From a virus (Duplodnaviria; Caudoviricetes): a stretch of 32,062 nt of DNA. Position numbers and translations under genes: made by a program. The stretch spans positions 1 through 32,062 of the IMG/VR virus record IMGVR_UViG_3300025687_000189; one strand, written 5' to 3'. The notes beneath the pieces are model-generated. The model made no database searches. It was given only the letters and a program-made list of their open reading frames with translations, and was not told the origin of the DNA. Below are positions 25,265 through 32,062 of this stretch, piece by piece (position 1 is the first letter of the stretch; every line of letters starts with the position of its first letter).

Positions 25265-25834
25265 ATGCCTTTAATTATCGGTGGTGGCGGCGACTCTAAG
25301 CCGTTTATTCGTTTCAAGCTCCAAGTCAATGCTTGGGAAATGAGCAGCGAAGCAGGAATGATCGAATTCGAGTGGAATTCGCCTGTTGTCTTTGACATTG
25401 AAAACATCCAGCTGGGGTGGTTGTTGCTTGGTGAGGGTCTGCGTGAATGGCAGCCGTGGCCGAACAACAACCAGACAGCAAAGCCGCATGAGGGCGAATG
25501 GAAAACCGGCTTTGAAGTTAATGTTTTCTCCAAAGCACTCTTTGGCGACGAGCCAGTTCGCCAGTTCAGCTCGAGCCAGACCGGCGCGCTCGAGTTCATC
25601 AAGAAGCTCTACAACGAATGCGAATCGAATTTTGGTAGCGGCCAAGTTCCTGTAATTGAGATTACCGGAGCAAAAGCAACCAAGATCGGCAGGGGAACAA
25701 CCCGCATTCCTGAGTTTGCGATTAAGAAATGGATTGATCGCCCAGCAGAGCTGGCATCGCAGAATCACTCTCCGTCCGCACCTCAACCAGCAGAAGCCCC
25801 AGCACCCGCTGCGGCGGAAGTTGACGAGTTTTAA
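25265..25834 (+). CDS. Putative single-stranded DNA-binding protein
   Basis: Aromatic-rich beta core, P/A-rich linker and acidic-Phe C-terminus (EVDEF); between exonuclease and primase genes; SD AAGGGAG. Confidence 0.65.
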   Translation: MPLIIGGGGDSKPFIRFKLQVNAWEMSSEAGMIEFEWNSPVVFDIENIQLGWLLLGEGLREWQPWPNNNQTAKPHEGEWKTGFEVNVFSKALFGDEPVRQFSSSQTGALEFIKKLYNECESNFGSGQVPVIEITGAKATKIGRGTTRIPEFAIKKWIDRPAELASQNHSPSAPQPAEAPAPAAAEVDEF

Positions 25835-25848
25835 GAGTAGTGGTGGTT

Positions 25849-25878
25849 GCCCGCCTCCGACGGGGGGCGGGCCTTTTT
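25849..25878 (+). terminator. Rho-independent terminator after ssb
   Basis: GCCCGCCTCC-GACG-GGGGGCGGGC stem, then CTTTTT. Confidence 0.8.
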
Positions 25879-25898
25879 AATCATGTGCGGACAGTTTA

Positions 25899-28088
25899 AT
25901 GACAACAACAACAACCTTGCTGGAGGTAGCGCGGCGCTACTTTGAGCTGGGGCTACAAGTCATACCGTGTCATACGGTGGAGGATGGCATTTGCACTTGC
26001 CGTGCGGGCAAGGACTGCGTGTCACCGGGCAAGCACCCTGCAATACCCTGGCAAAGATTTCAAAAGCACAAAATCGACGAAGCGCAGCTGGACATCTGGT
26101 TTGGCGACGGCGCTATGTATTCAAACAAGAACATCGGCATTGTCACAGGCTCGATTAGTGGCAACGTGTTTGTTGTCGATGTTGATATTGGCCAAGGAAA
26201 ACTCGGCGATGAATCCCTTGAAGAGTTACAACTCGCGAATGACGACTTACCTATCACCCTTGAAAGCAAAACTGGAGGCGGAGGCCGTCAGTTCTTTTTC
26301 AGGGCTCCAGCTGGAATGGAGATTGTTACAGATAAGAATGTACTCGGCCCAGGTATCGATACTCGCGGCGAAGGTGGATTCGTTGTCGCGCCACCAAGCC
26401 TCCATAAAAGCGGGCGTCGTTACGTCATGGATTGGGAGCCGATTGAAGATGCTCCAGGTTGGCTACTGGATATGGTGCAAGTCGGTGCTATCCATGATGG
26501 CCATGGACGCGGCATTCAGGATTCCAGCGCGTCTGATAATCCGTTCAAGGCTGGCGACGGTCGCGAAGGCGTCATGGTCCGCGTCATTCTCAGCACAATC
26601 ACGTCGTATTGGCGAGAGCATCAAGCGCTTCCTGACCTCGACACGTTAATTGATCTCGGCTATCCGAATTATGTTGAGAAGGTAAAGGCTCGAGAGGCGA
26701 CGCTCGACGCGGAAAATCGCGGCATCAAGTTATTTACGCAGCGCGCCAGCTATCAGCTGAATCGTGCAAGGCGCAATGAGTTGCGTGTTCTAACCAAAGC
26801 AAAGGAAGAACAAGCGCTCGAGGTTCGGTCGCACGGCACAATCGCCCAGGCACTTACGCGCGATGAGTTCGATGAATTCGACGAGCCAAGCGAAACAACC
26901 GCAATCAAGATCGATAGTCAGTCGCTCGAGCTGAGCGATTGGGCGATCAAACGCTTTGTCGGCGAGCCGCCGGAGATTGATTGGTTAATCGAAGGGGTGA
27001 TCCCGCACGGCATTCCTGCATTGCTGGCTGCGATCGGCGGCCTGGGTAAGTCGTTCCTGCTGCTTGATCTGGCAATGAAAGTTGCCGGCGGCGGCACAGC
27101 ATGGGACGACGAAATGCAGATGGCGTTCGGCGGCAAGGTGTCGAAGTTCGGCAAGGTGGTCTTTCTCACCGCAGAAGATTCGGCCTCGAGCGTGCATCGT
27201 CGCCTCGACTCGATGGATCACAGCGAGCTGCGAGCAAAGGCTGCGGAGAACCTGATCGTTGTTCCGCTGCCGGATGCAGGCGGCGCGTTTCCATTCATTA
27301 CCGCTGACAGCACCGGGCTTCACCACACGGCAGGTTATATCGAGCTGCGCAATCAGCTGCTCGAGCTTGGCAATGTGCAGCTGGTGATCTTCGATCCGCT
27401 CCAGGCGTTTGTGCATGCCGACGTTACGGCGGACCCAGCTGCCGCGCAATTCTGGTGGTCAACCATGAGTGAGCTGTGCGCGGTGCTCAACGCGACAGTC
27501 GTTGTCGCGCACCACATGCGCAAGGACGGCGCATTCAGCATCAAGCATGCAAGCGATGCGCGCCAAGCCATTCGCGGAACAACCGCATTGGTCGATGGTG
27601 CTCGCTTGGTGTATTCGCTGTGGTCGCTGCCGGAGCAAGAGGACGAGGAGATCAGCAGGCTGCTCGAGGTCGAGCCAGGGCAGTCCAATGTTGCGTGCGG
27701 CGCAGTCGTTAAGACCAACGAATTCGCGGACATGCACATTCGCACATTCAAACGCAGCGACGGCGGCTTGCTGGTCGATGTTACCGGCGAAGTCGAACAG
27801 CTCATGGCAGACGCCAGCAGCATCAGTCGCAGTCAAGAGAACGCCATCTTCGAGGAAATCGAAAAGCGCTGGAGCAATGGCGATCCATTCAATCCGAATC
27901 CACGCGCGCGCAGTCATTCGTTTGTGTACTGGCTGTCGCAAACGTATGGGCTGCCGAAGCGTATTGCTGAGGGGCGCATGCACGGCTGGATGAGTAGCGG
28001 ACGCCTGGTCGCGAAAACGCATGACGTTGCAAAGCGCCCTGGCTTACGCATGCACGAGCAACAACAGGAGGCACAACGATATGTATAG
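25899..28088 (+). CDS. Bifunctional primase-polymerase (Prim-Pol) fused to RepA/AAA_25-type helicase
   Basis: CTC...C..PGKHP, NIGIVTG, VVDVD and DTRGEGGFVVAPPS; Walker A AIGGLGKS, Walker B LVIFDPL, AHHMRK and RGTTALVD. Confidence 0.92.
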   Translation: MTTTTTLLEVARRYFELGLQVIPCHTVEDGICTCRAGKDCVSPGKHPAIPWQRFQKHKIDEAQLDIWFGDGAMYSNKNIGIVTGSISGNVFVVDVDIGQGKLGDESLEELQLANDDLPITLESKTGGGGRQFFFRAPAGMEIVTDKNVLGPGIDTRGEGGFVVAPPSLHKSGRRYVMDWEPIEDAPGWLLDMVQVGAIHDGHGRGIQDSSASDNPFKAGDGREGVMVRVILSTITSYWREHQALPDLDTLIDLGYPNYVEKVKAREATLDAENRGIKLFTQRASYQLNRARRNELRVLTKAKEEQALEVRSHGTIAQALTRDEFDEFDEPSETTAIKIDSQSLELSDWAIKRFVGEPPEIDWLIEGVIPHGIPALLAAIGGLGKSFLLLDLAMKVAGGGTAWDDEMQMAFGGKVSKFGKVVFLTAEDSASSVHRRLDSMDHSELRAKAAENLIVVPLPDAGGAFPFITADSTGLHHTAGYIELRNQLLELGNVQLVIFDPLQAFVHADVTADPAAAQFWWSTMSELCAVLNATVVVAHHMRKDGAFSIKHASDARQAIRGTTALVDGARLVYSLWSLPEQEDEEISRLLEVEPGQSNVACGAVVKTNEFADMHIRTFKRSDGGLLVDVTGEVEQLMADASSISRSQENAIFEEIEKRWSNGDPFNPNPRARSHSFVYWLSQTYGLPKRIAEGRMHGWMSSGRLVAKTHDVAKRPGLRMHEQQQEAQRYV

Positions 28089-28194
28089 GTTGATGAAGGA
28101 GGTCGATTATCTCGCGATCAGCGTGATTCTCGGCGTGGTGGTTGGCGTCGTTCTTGGCGTTATGGGTTTCTTCTCATGGACGATCACGCAATGA
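28081..28194 (+). CDS. Small single-pass membrane peptide (37 aa; below ORF-track cut-off)
   Basis: SD AGGAGG; MYRLMKEVDYLAISVILGVVVGVVLGVMGFFSWTITQ; stop overlaps the next ATG (ATGA). Confidence 0.7.
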   Translation: MYRLMKEVDYLAISVILGVVVGVVLGVMGFFSWTITQ

Positions 28195-28373
28195 ACAACT
28201 ATCCAAGCCGAGAGGATTTCGACCCCTATTTTTACGACCCCGATAGCGAGCTCGAGGCGCGCGATCGGATGCGATTCATAAGAGACAGAGAGGATTGGGA
28301 GGACTATGAAGGGTTCAGACAAGACCAAGAGGAAGCTGAAAACAATGCGGCTGGAAGCGTGGCTAACCCATGA
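28191..28373 (+). CDS. Small acidic protein (60 aa)
   Basis: Coupled start at 28191; 18 of 60 residues are D/E. Confidence 0.6.
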   Translation: MNNYPSREDFDPYFYDPDSELEARDRMRFIRDREDWEDYEGFRQDQEEAENNAAGSVANP

Positions 28374-28488
28374 AGGACGGCTTTGTTATTTCACGCCAAT
28401 TCAAGCACCGCTGAAAAAGATGATTCGGCTGCAAGAGTTGGATAAGGAGGTTCAGGTTATGGAGTTCGATGATGAGGCTGATAAGTGA
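28345..28488 (+). CDS. Hypothetical protein (47 aa)
   Basis: ATG 28345 after GAGGA; fills the operon gap. Confidence 0.45.
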   Translation: MRLEAWLTHEGRLCYFTPIQAPLKKMIRLQELDKEVQVMEFDDEADK

Positions 28489-28768
28489 GGCGCTGCAAAA
28501 CGCCAAGCGCAGATTGGCTTATGTCGAGGATCGGTACAAACACACCAAGCGCCGCGAATGGATGATCGAAGCGGCACACGTCGAGTACCTGATTCATTTT
28601 TTACGCGGCGAGGTTTATGGGAAAGCCAGACCGCAAAACATACCAACAGGAGGAATGAGTTATGAAGATTTCATCCGACGAATTGAAAGGGTGCGAAACC
28701 TACCGGATGCAGATGCAAGCGATCGCACTCGCAACACAAGGCTTTTGGAAGAGAAACACGGGCTATAG
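28469..28768 (+). CDS. Hypothetical protein (99 aa)
   Basis: SD GGAG upstream; overlaps the next ORF by about 107 bp, so the boundaries are uncertain. Confidence 0.5.
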   Translation: MMRLISEALQNAKRRLAYVEDRYKHTKRREWMIEAAHVEYLIHFLRGEVYGKARPQNIPTGGMSYEDFIRRIERVRNLPDADASDRTRNTRLLEEKHGL

Positions 28769-29012
28769 AAACATCGAGACCGAGGCGTTGAAGGCGGTGG
28801 TTAAGTTGCGCAGCGACTACGACCGTCTCTGCACCCAGGGCAAGCCGAAGTATTCGCGCGACGACGTGCTGATGCTGGCGGTGCAGGCGGGTGTGTTCGA
28901 TGTGTGGTCGCAGCTGAGCGAGTCTCGATACGACAAGTTGAGCCCGATGATCCACGCACTCGAGCGTTTTTACGAGCTTGCTGTCGGAAATGAGGACAGC
29001 CGGACGACATGA
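28662..29012 (+). CDS. Hypothetical protein (up to 116 aa)
   Basis: SD AGGAGG upstream; stop overlaps the next ATG. Confidence 0.55.
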   Translation: MKISSDELKGCETYRMQMQAIALATQGFWKRNTGYRNIETEALKAVVKLRSDYDRLCTQGKPKYSRDDVLMLAVQAGVFDVWSQLSESRYDKLSPMIHALERFYELAVGNEDSRTT

Positions 29013-29776
29013 ACCCAGACAGGTACGACGACCCGATCTGGGGCGATCTCTTTCGAGAGGCCGACGAAGAGTGGGATCAGGCGTGCGCAAAAGCCAAAAA
29101 GCAACACGAAAAGAAACACGGAAAGCTGAAAGAAGGACAGGTCTGGGGAGCCAGACCGGGAAAGAAGGGGCGGCCTGCTGAGCTCGTCCCTGTGCCAGAC
29201 CCAAAGCATTTCCTGGAGTTACTGAAAGGAACCGACATGCGGACACACAGAACACCTTCGGGAGCCGTCCCGAAGAAAGATCCAGACGAACAGATCAAGG
29301 CGGTCTTAGCCCCGCTCGAGCGCGTTGCAGCGGAGCTCGAGGACAAGTGGGGCCGGGATCGACTGTGCGGGCTGGTCGATGAAGAGATGGCGGGCCGATT
29401 CGGCAGCGCTGCGGCGAAGCTCGAGGAAGCTCGACGCGGCAAAAACATCGAGCAGATCAAGAAGAAGGCCGAGGTGATGCGTCGCGGCTGGATGAAGCTC
29501 GACGAGCTGGCCGAGGCCGCAGGACATGAACCCTGGCAGCAGCCGGACGTGTGGGAAGGACGCCAGCCGGACGGCACGGTGTTCCTGATTGCAAAGGATC
29601 GCAGCACCGCGATCGCTGCGCACAAACAAAGCGGGGTGGGCGTGTGGACGCTGGAAGAGATCGGCAAATTGATCCAGCACCACGACCCGAAAGGCCTGAC
29701 CCAAGCCATGAAGGACACCTTCGATGCTGAGCTGGTCAGCTGCTCCGCCACCCACGACGACGACCTGCCGTTTTGA
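29009..29776 (+). CDS. Hypothetical phage protein (255 aa)
   Basis: Long ORF with phage-like codon use; KWGRDRL...RF and RRGW motifs; ends in DDDLPF. Confidence 0.8.
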   Translation: MNPDRYDDPIWGDLFREADEEWDQACAKAKKQHEKKHGKLKEGQVWGARPGKKGRPAELVPVPDPKHFLELLKGTDMRTHRTPSGAVPKKDPDEQIKAVLAPLERVAAELEDKWGRDRLCGLVDEEMAGRFGSAAAKLEEARRGKNIEQIKKKAEVMRRGWMKLDELAEAAGHEPWQQPDVWEGRQPDGTVFLIAKDRSTAIAAHKQSGVGVWTLEEIGKLIQHHDPKGLTQAMKDTFDAELVSCSATHDDDLPF

Positions 29777-29796
29777 CAACCTATAAGGAAAAACTT

Positions 29797-30615
29797 ATGA
29801 GTGAAGAAACGTACCCGGAAGCAATCGAGCAGCTGATCGATGTCATCCGCCGCCGCACCCCGAAGGGGCCGGGCAGAGCAAAGCAAAAACCCAATCCGCG
29901 CGGCAAGCCGATCCGCCCCAAGATCTTCCGCAACCGCATGGTCAAGTTCATGCGGGAGCGGCTGCATTGGACGGTCGAGATCAACAAGGCTGTCCTCGAC
30001 CCGCTCACAGGGACGTACAAGCGCACAGACGCCCCCAGCGTGGTCATCACCCATCCGTACCGCATCGCCATCGAGCTCAGTTCCAACAAGCCTGTAGCGA
30101 CCCAGACGGAGCGCCTGAGCACATTCGACGGCTTCCGCGTCATCCTGCTGACCAACACCGGGGAATACGACCCCAACCTGGACAAGCGCGGGCAGTTCCA
30201 CCGCATCAGCGACGAGCAGCTGAGTCAGATCGACTACTTGATCGGGGTGAGAACGGCGACGGTCAAACCGCAAACACCGGAAGAGATCCAGCGCGGCTAT
30301 CACTTGTTCGAGTTCGACGACGACATGAAGCTGGAAACGCTCAAGCTGATCCAGCAGGCATGGGAGAGCAAAACACCGCTGTCCGATCACGCCAATGTCC
30401 GCAAGCTGCACGAGTATCGAAACATCAATGGGGAGCGCTACCTCCCGGCTGTGCTCAACGAGCAGCTAGGGGTGCATCATCGAGCTGCGCAGGCGAACGC
30501 GAAGCGGATGAAAGCGGAAGGACTCATCGAGCACAGCATGCACCCGTACTACCGGATGCGCGGCTTCCGTCTCACAAAAAAAGGGGGGGAATTTCTCGCT
30601 AAAGCGACCTCCTAA
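29797..30615 (+). CDS. Basic putative DNA-binding protein with C-terminal winged-helix-like domain
   Basis: SD AAGGA before ATG 29797; K/R-rich N-terminus; C-terminal LNEQLGVHHRAAQANAKRMKAEGLIE...GFRLTKKG. Confidence 0.72.
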   Translation: MSEETYPEAIEQLIDVIRRRTPKGPGRAKQKPNPRGKPIRPKIFRNRMVKFMRERLHWTVEINKAVLDPLTGTYKRTDAPSVVITHPYRIAIELSSNKPVATQTERLSTFDGFRVILLTNTGEYDPNLDKRGQFHRISDEQLSQIDYLIGVRTATVKPQTPEEIQRGYHLFEFDDDMKLETLKLIQQAWESKTPLSDHANVRKLHEYRNINGERYLPAVLNEQLGVHHRAAQANAKRMKAEGLIEHSMHPYYRMRGFRLTKKGGEFLAKATS

Positions 30616-30619
30616 ACCC

Positions 30620-30705
30620 GGACATGTTGTCTACACAAAAACACCCTTCTACCCCCCCATACCCCCCAGGGTATACGTTTTACACTTTTCGAGGGACATG
30701 TTGTC
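30620..30705. repeat. Direct repeat GGACATGTTGTC (two operator-like palindromes) flanking C-tracts
   Basis: Copies at 30620-30631 and 30694-30705. Confidence 0.85.
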
Positions 30706-30720
30706 CGGTATTGGAACCTC

Positions 30721-30939
30721 GGGGGGAGCGGGCGCGTGGAGTCGCCGCCGCGCGTCCGCGCCCCCCTCCGAGAGTGCTGCGGAGCGCACCTTCGCAGGTG
30801 CTTACCTGTCCTCGCACTCTCGGCGGGGCAGCGGACAGGTGCAAGGTGAAAGTTGGTGGAGCTGCACAGCAGCACAGCAGCACAGCATCGAGCCGTGAGC
30901 CGCGACGGATTGGAGCGGAGATCCGGAGGGGCTGGATTT
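30721..30939 (+). ncRNA. Candidate structured non-coding RNA (or single-strand DNA structure)
   Basis: Consecutive hairpins at 30721-30766, 30766-30784, 30786-30801, 30804-30840 and 30919-30939; 10-nt complementarity between 30768-30777 and 30814-30823; G-T pairs favour the + strand. Confidence 0.45.
30864..30887 (+). repeat. Tandem repeat (GCACAGCA)x3
   Basis: Three exact 8-mers; also (GATCGAGCA)x2 at 30997-31014. Confidence 0.9.
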
Positions 30940-31017
30940 AAGCGGAAACAAACTAGCTGGAGGAGGGAAGGAAACCCGCCGCCGCGCAGGTCGCAGGATC
31001 GAGCAGATCGAGCAGGC

Positions 31018-31045
31018 AAAAAAAGACCCGGCGAGTAGCCGGGTC
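31018..31045 (-). terminator. Rho-independent terminator of the leftward small-gene operon
   Basis: Minus strand GACCCGGC-TACTC-GCCGGGTC followed by T7. Confidence 0.85.
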
Positions 31046-31072
31046 AAAGTGCCGCCATCAGCACGGAGGAGA

Positions 31073-31198
31073 TTAGGTGAGTTCGAGGAAGGCCAGCACC
31101 ACGCCCGCGACGCACACGGTCAGGATCGCAACGTCGGTGAGGAAGCCGTAGGCGTCGAGCGAAAGTTCCCGCCGCAGGTAAGCTAAGAAATTAGACAC
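31073..31198 (-). CDS. Small membrane peptide (41 aa)
   Basis: GTG at 31198 with SD GAGGAG; hydrophobic VAILTVCVAGVVLAFL; immediately before the terminator. Confidence 0.55.
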   Translation of the reverse strand: MSNFLAYLRRELSLDAYGFLTDVAILTVCVAGVVLAFLELT

Positions 31199-31478
31199 TC
31201 CAGCGCTCCTCGAAATAGGTGTCGCCGTCGTGCCGCTCATGCGTCGCGACAAAGCCCAGAACATTGACGTAGTGGTGTGATGGGCCGTACACCCAAACCG
31301 AAGTCCTCAGTTCCAGATCGCCCTCGTCGTCGTCCTCATACTCGTCGCACTCGACGACCGACCAGATCTGATCGACGTCGAACCCGGCAGCGTGAGCGTC
31401 CGCAGCGCTAAAGAACAAATTGCCGCCCTCGGCGCGTATTTCCTCGAATGGGAAGTTCTCAACGACGGTATAGGTCAT
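31191..31478 (-). CDS. Hypothetical acidic protein (95 aa)
   Basis: ATGA coupling to the upstream gene, SD GGAG, acidic run ECDEYEDDDEGD. Confidence 0.75.
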   Translation of the reverse strand: MTYTVVENFPFEEIRAEGGNLFFSAADAHAAGFDVDQIWSVVECDEYEDDDEGDLELRTSVWVYGPSHHYVNVLGFVATHERHDGDTYFEERWSV

Positions 31479-31753
31479 GCTGTAGGCTCCTGTGCGTCCC
31501 GTAGGGATTGAATCAGCGCGTCTAGGTAGTCGGATAGCGCATGGGCCGCTGTTCCGCTAGGAAGGTCGGCCACGCAGTCTGAGAGGCCATCCTTGTTGCG
31601 CAGGTACACCGACCAGTAGGAGGGCTCGATGTTCTCGCTCGGATGCAGAACGCGCCCGAAGCAGTCGTCCTCGGCCAGAACCGGGTGCGCTTCTGCGTGC
31701 GTGTAGTCCTCAAGCGCATTGCTGCGCGGAGTCTGTATCCAGTAGTCGCTCAT
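31475..31753 (-). CDS. Hypothetical protein (92 aa)
   Basis: SD GGAGG, ATGA coupling, YWSVYLR...CVAD motif. Confidence 0.75.
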   Translation of the reverse strand: MSDYWIQTPRSNALEDYTHAEAHPVLAEDDCFGRVLHPSENIEPSYWSVYLRNKDGLSDCVADLPSGTAAHALSDYLDALIQSLRDAQEPTA

Positions 31754-32061
31754 GCTGCACCTCCAGCCGTCGAACAGTAGGACGCCATCGCGTGAATGGG
31801 CGAATAGGCGTCGTGGATCTCGTCAGGCTCGATGTGGTCGGCCATCCAGCGGGAAGCGGTCTCGCGGCTCACCTCAAGCCCCTCGGCCTTGATGCTGGAA
31901 TTGATGAATAGCGAAAGATCGCCGTCCTCCTCAAGATAAACGTCGTCGCCCTGCTGGTAGCTGTAGTGGCTCACACGATCCTCGATGTCGAGTCTCCGCA
32001 GGCTCTCGCGCGGTACGCGCAGCCAGCCGTGGGATGGGTCGGAAAAGAATTGGTATTTCAT
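31750..32061 (-). CDS. Hypothetical phage early protein (DPxHGWL...YLEED type)
   Basis: SDPSHGWLRV and VYLEEDGD motifs recur in small phage/MGE proteins; start lies at the window edge. Confidence 0.75.
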   Translation of the reverse strand: MKYQFFSDPSHGWLRVPRESLRRLDIEDRVSHYSYQQGDDVYLEEDGDLSLFINSSIKAEGLEVSRETASRWMADHIEPDEIHDAYSPIHAMASYCSTAGGAA

Positions 32062-32062
32062 G

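Larger units (their letters stand above)
1..32062. mobile_element. Temperate podovirus-like bacteriophage genome segment (excised/virion configuration)
   Basis: Terminase-portal-scaffold-capsid-adaptor-nozzle-ejection protein order with no tape-measure or tail-tube gene. Integrase, repressor and an att core are flanked on both sides by phage genes. No host housekeeping genes. Confidence 0.95.

Noticed and set aside
29773-29801. Promoter at the perfect TTGACA (29773-29778)
   Set aside because: The hexamer 17 bp downstream (TATGAG) is a poor -10 and overlaps the start codon; TTGACA arises from the upstream stop codon.
29077-30411. 444-aa minus-strand ORF (likewise 19304-20263, 13324-14100, 13850-14566, 1509-2156)
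   Set aside because: Antisense shadows of well-supported + strand genes in GC-rich DNA, with no recognisable motifs.
30624-30941. 105-aa ORF (and 135-aa antisense ORF) across the non-coding region
   Set aside because: No SD, low-complexity P/R/A translation; better explained by repeats and hairpins.

Overview
The window is most of the genome of a temperate, podovirus-like tailed phage in its excised (unintegrated) form, probably infecting a Gammaproteobacterium (inferred from the tRNA-Gly fragment). From 1 to 20.8 kb on the + strand lie a 5'-truncated large terminase, portal, scaffold, major capsid, adaptor, nozzle, a GNAT-like protein, four ejection-type proteins (two are tandem paralogues) and a 2718-aa polyvalent protein with ParB-like, cytosine-C5 methyltransferase and HExxH/LPD1-like domains. 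An intact attP at 20.8-21.2 kb has the 5' half of tRNA-Gly(GCC) as its core and carries its own promoter upstream. A leftward repressor-xis-integrase operon follows, then a divergent switch and a rightward Cro/RuvC/exonuclease/SSB/primase-helicase operon. A ~400-bp structured non-coding region and a leftward cluster of small genes close the window. The most notable signals are the promoter-supplying 5'-tRNA attP, a GACA-N3-TGTC operator repeated across the genome, a T4 gene-32-like pseudoknot before the SSB gene, a multi-hairpin loop-loop RNA candidate at 30.7 kb, the virion-borne methyltransferase and a nested domain duplication in the nozzle. No tail fibre, lysis or small terminase gene is recognisable here. 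All assignments come from reading motifs by eye, with no database searches.
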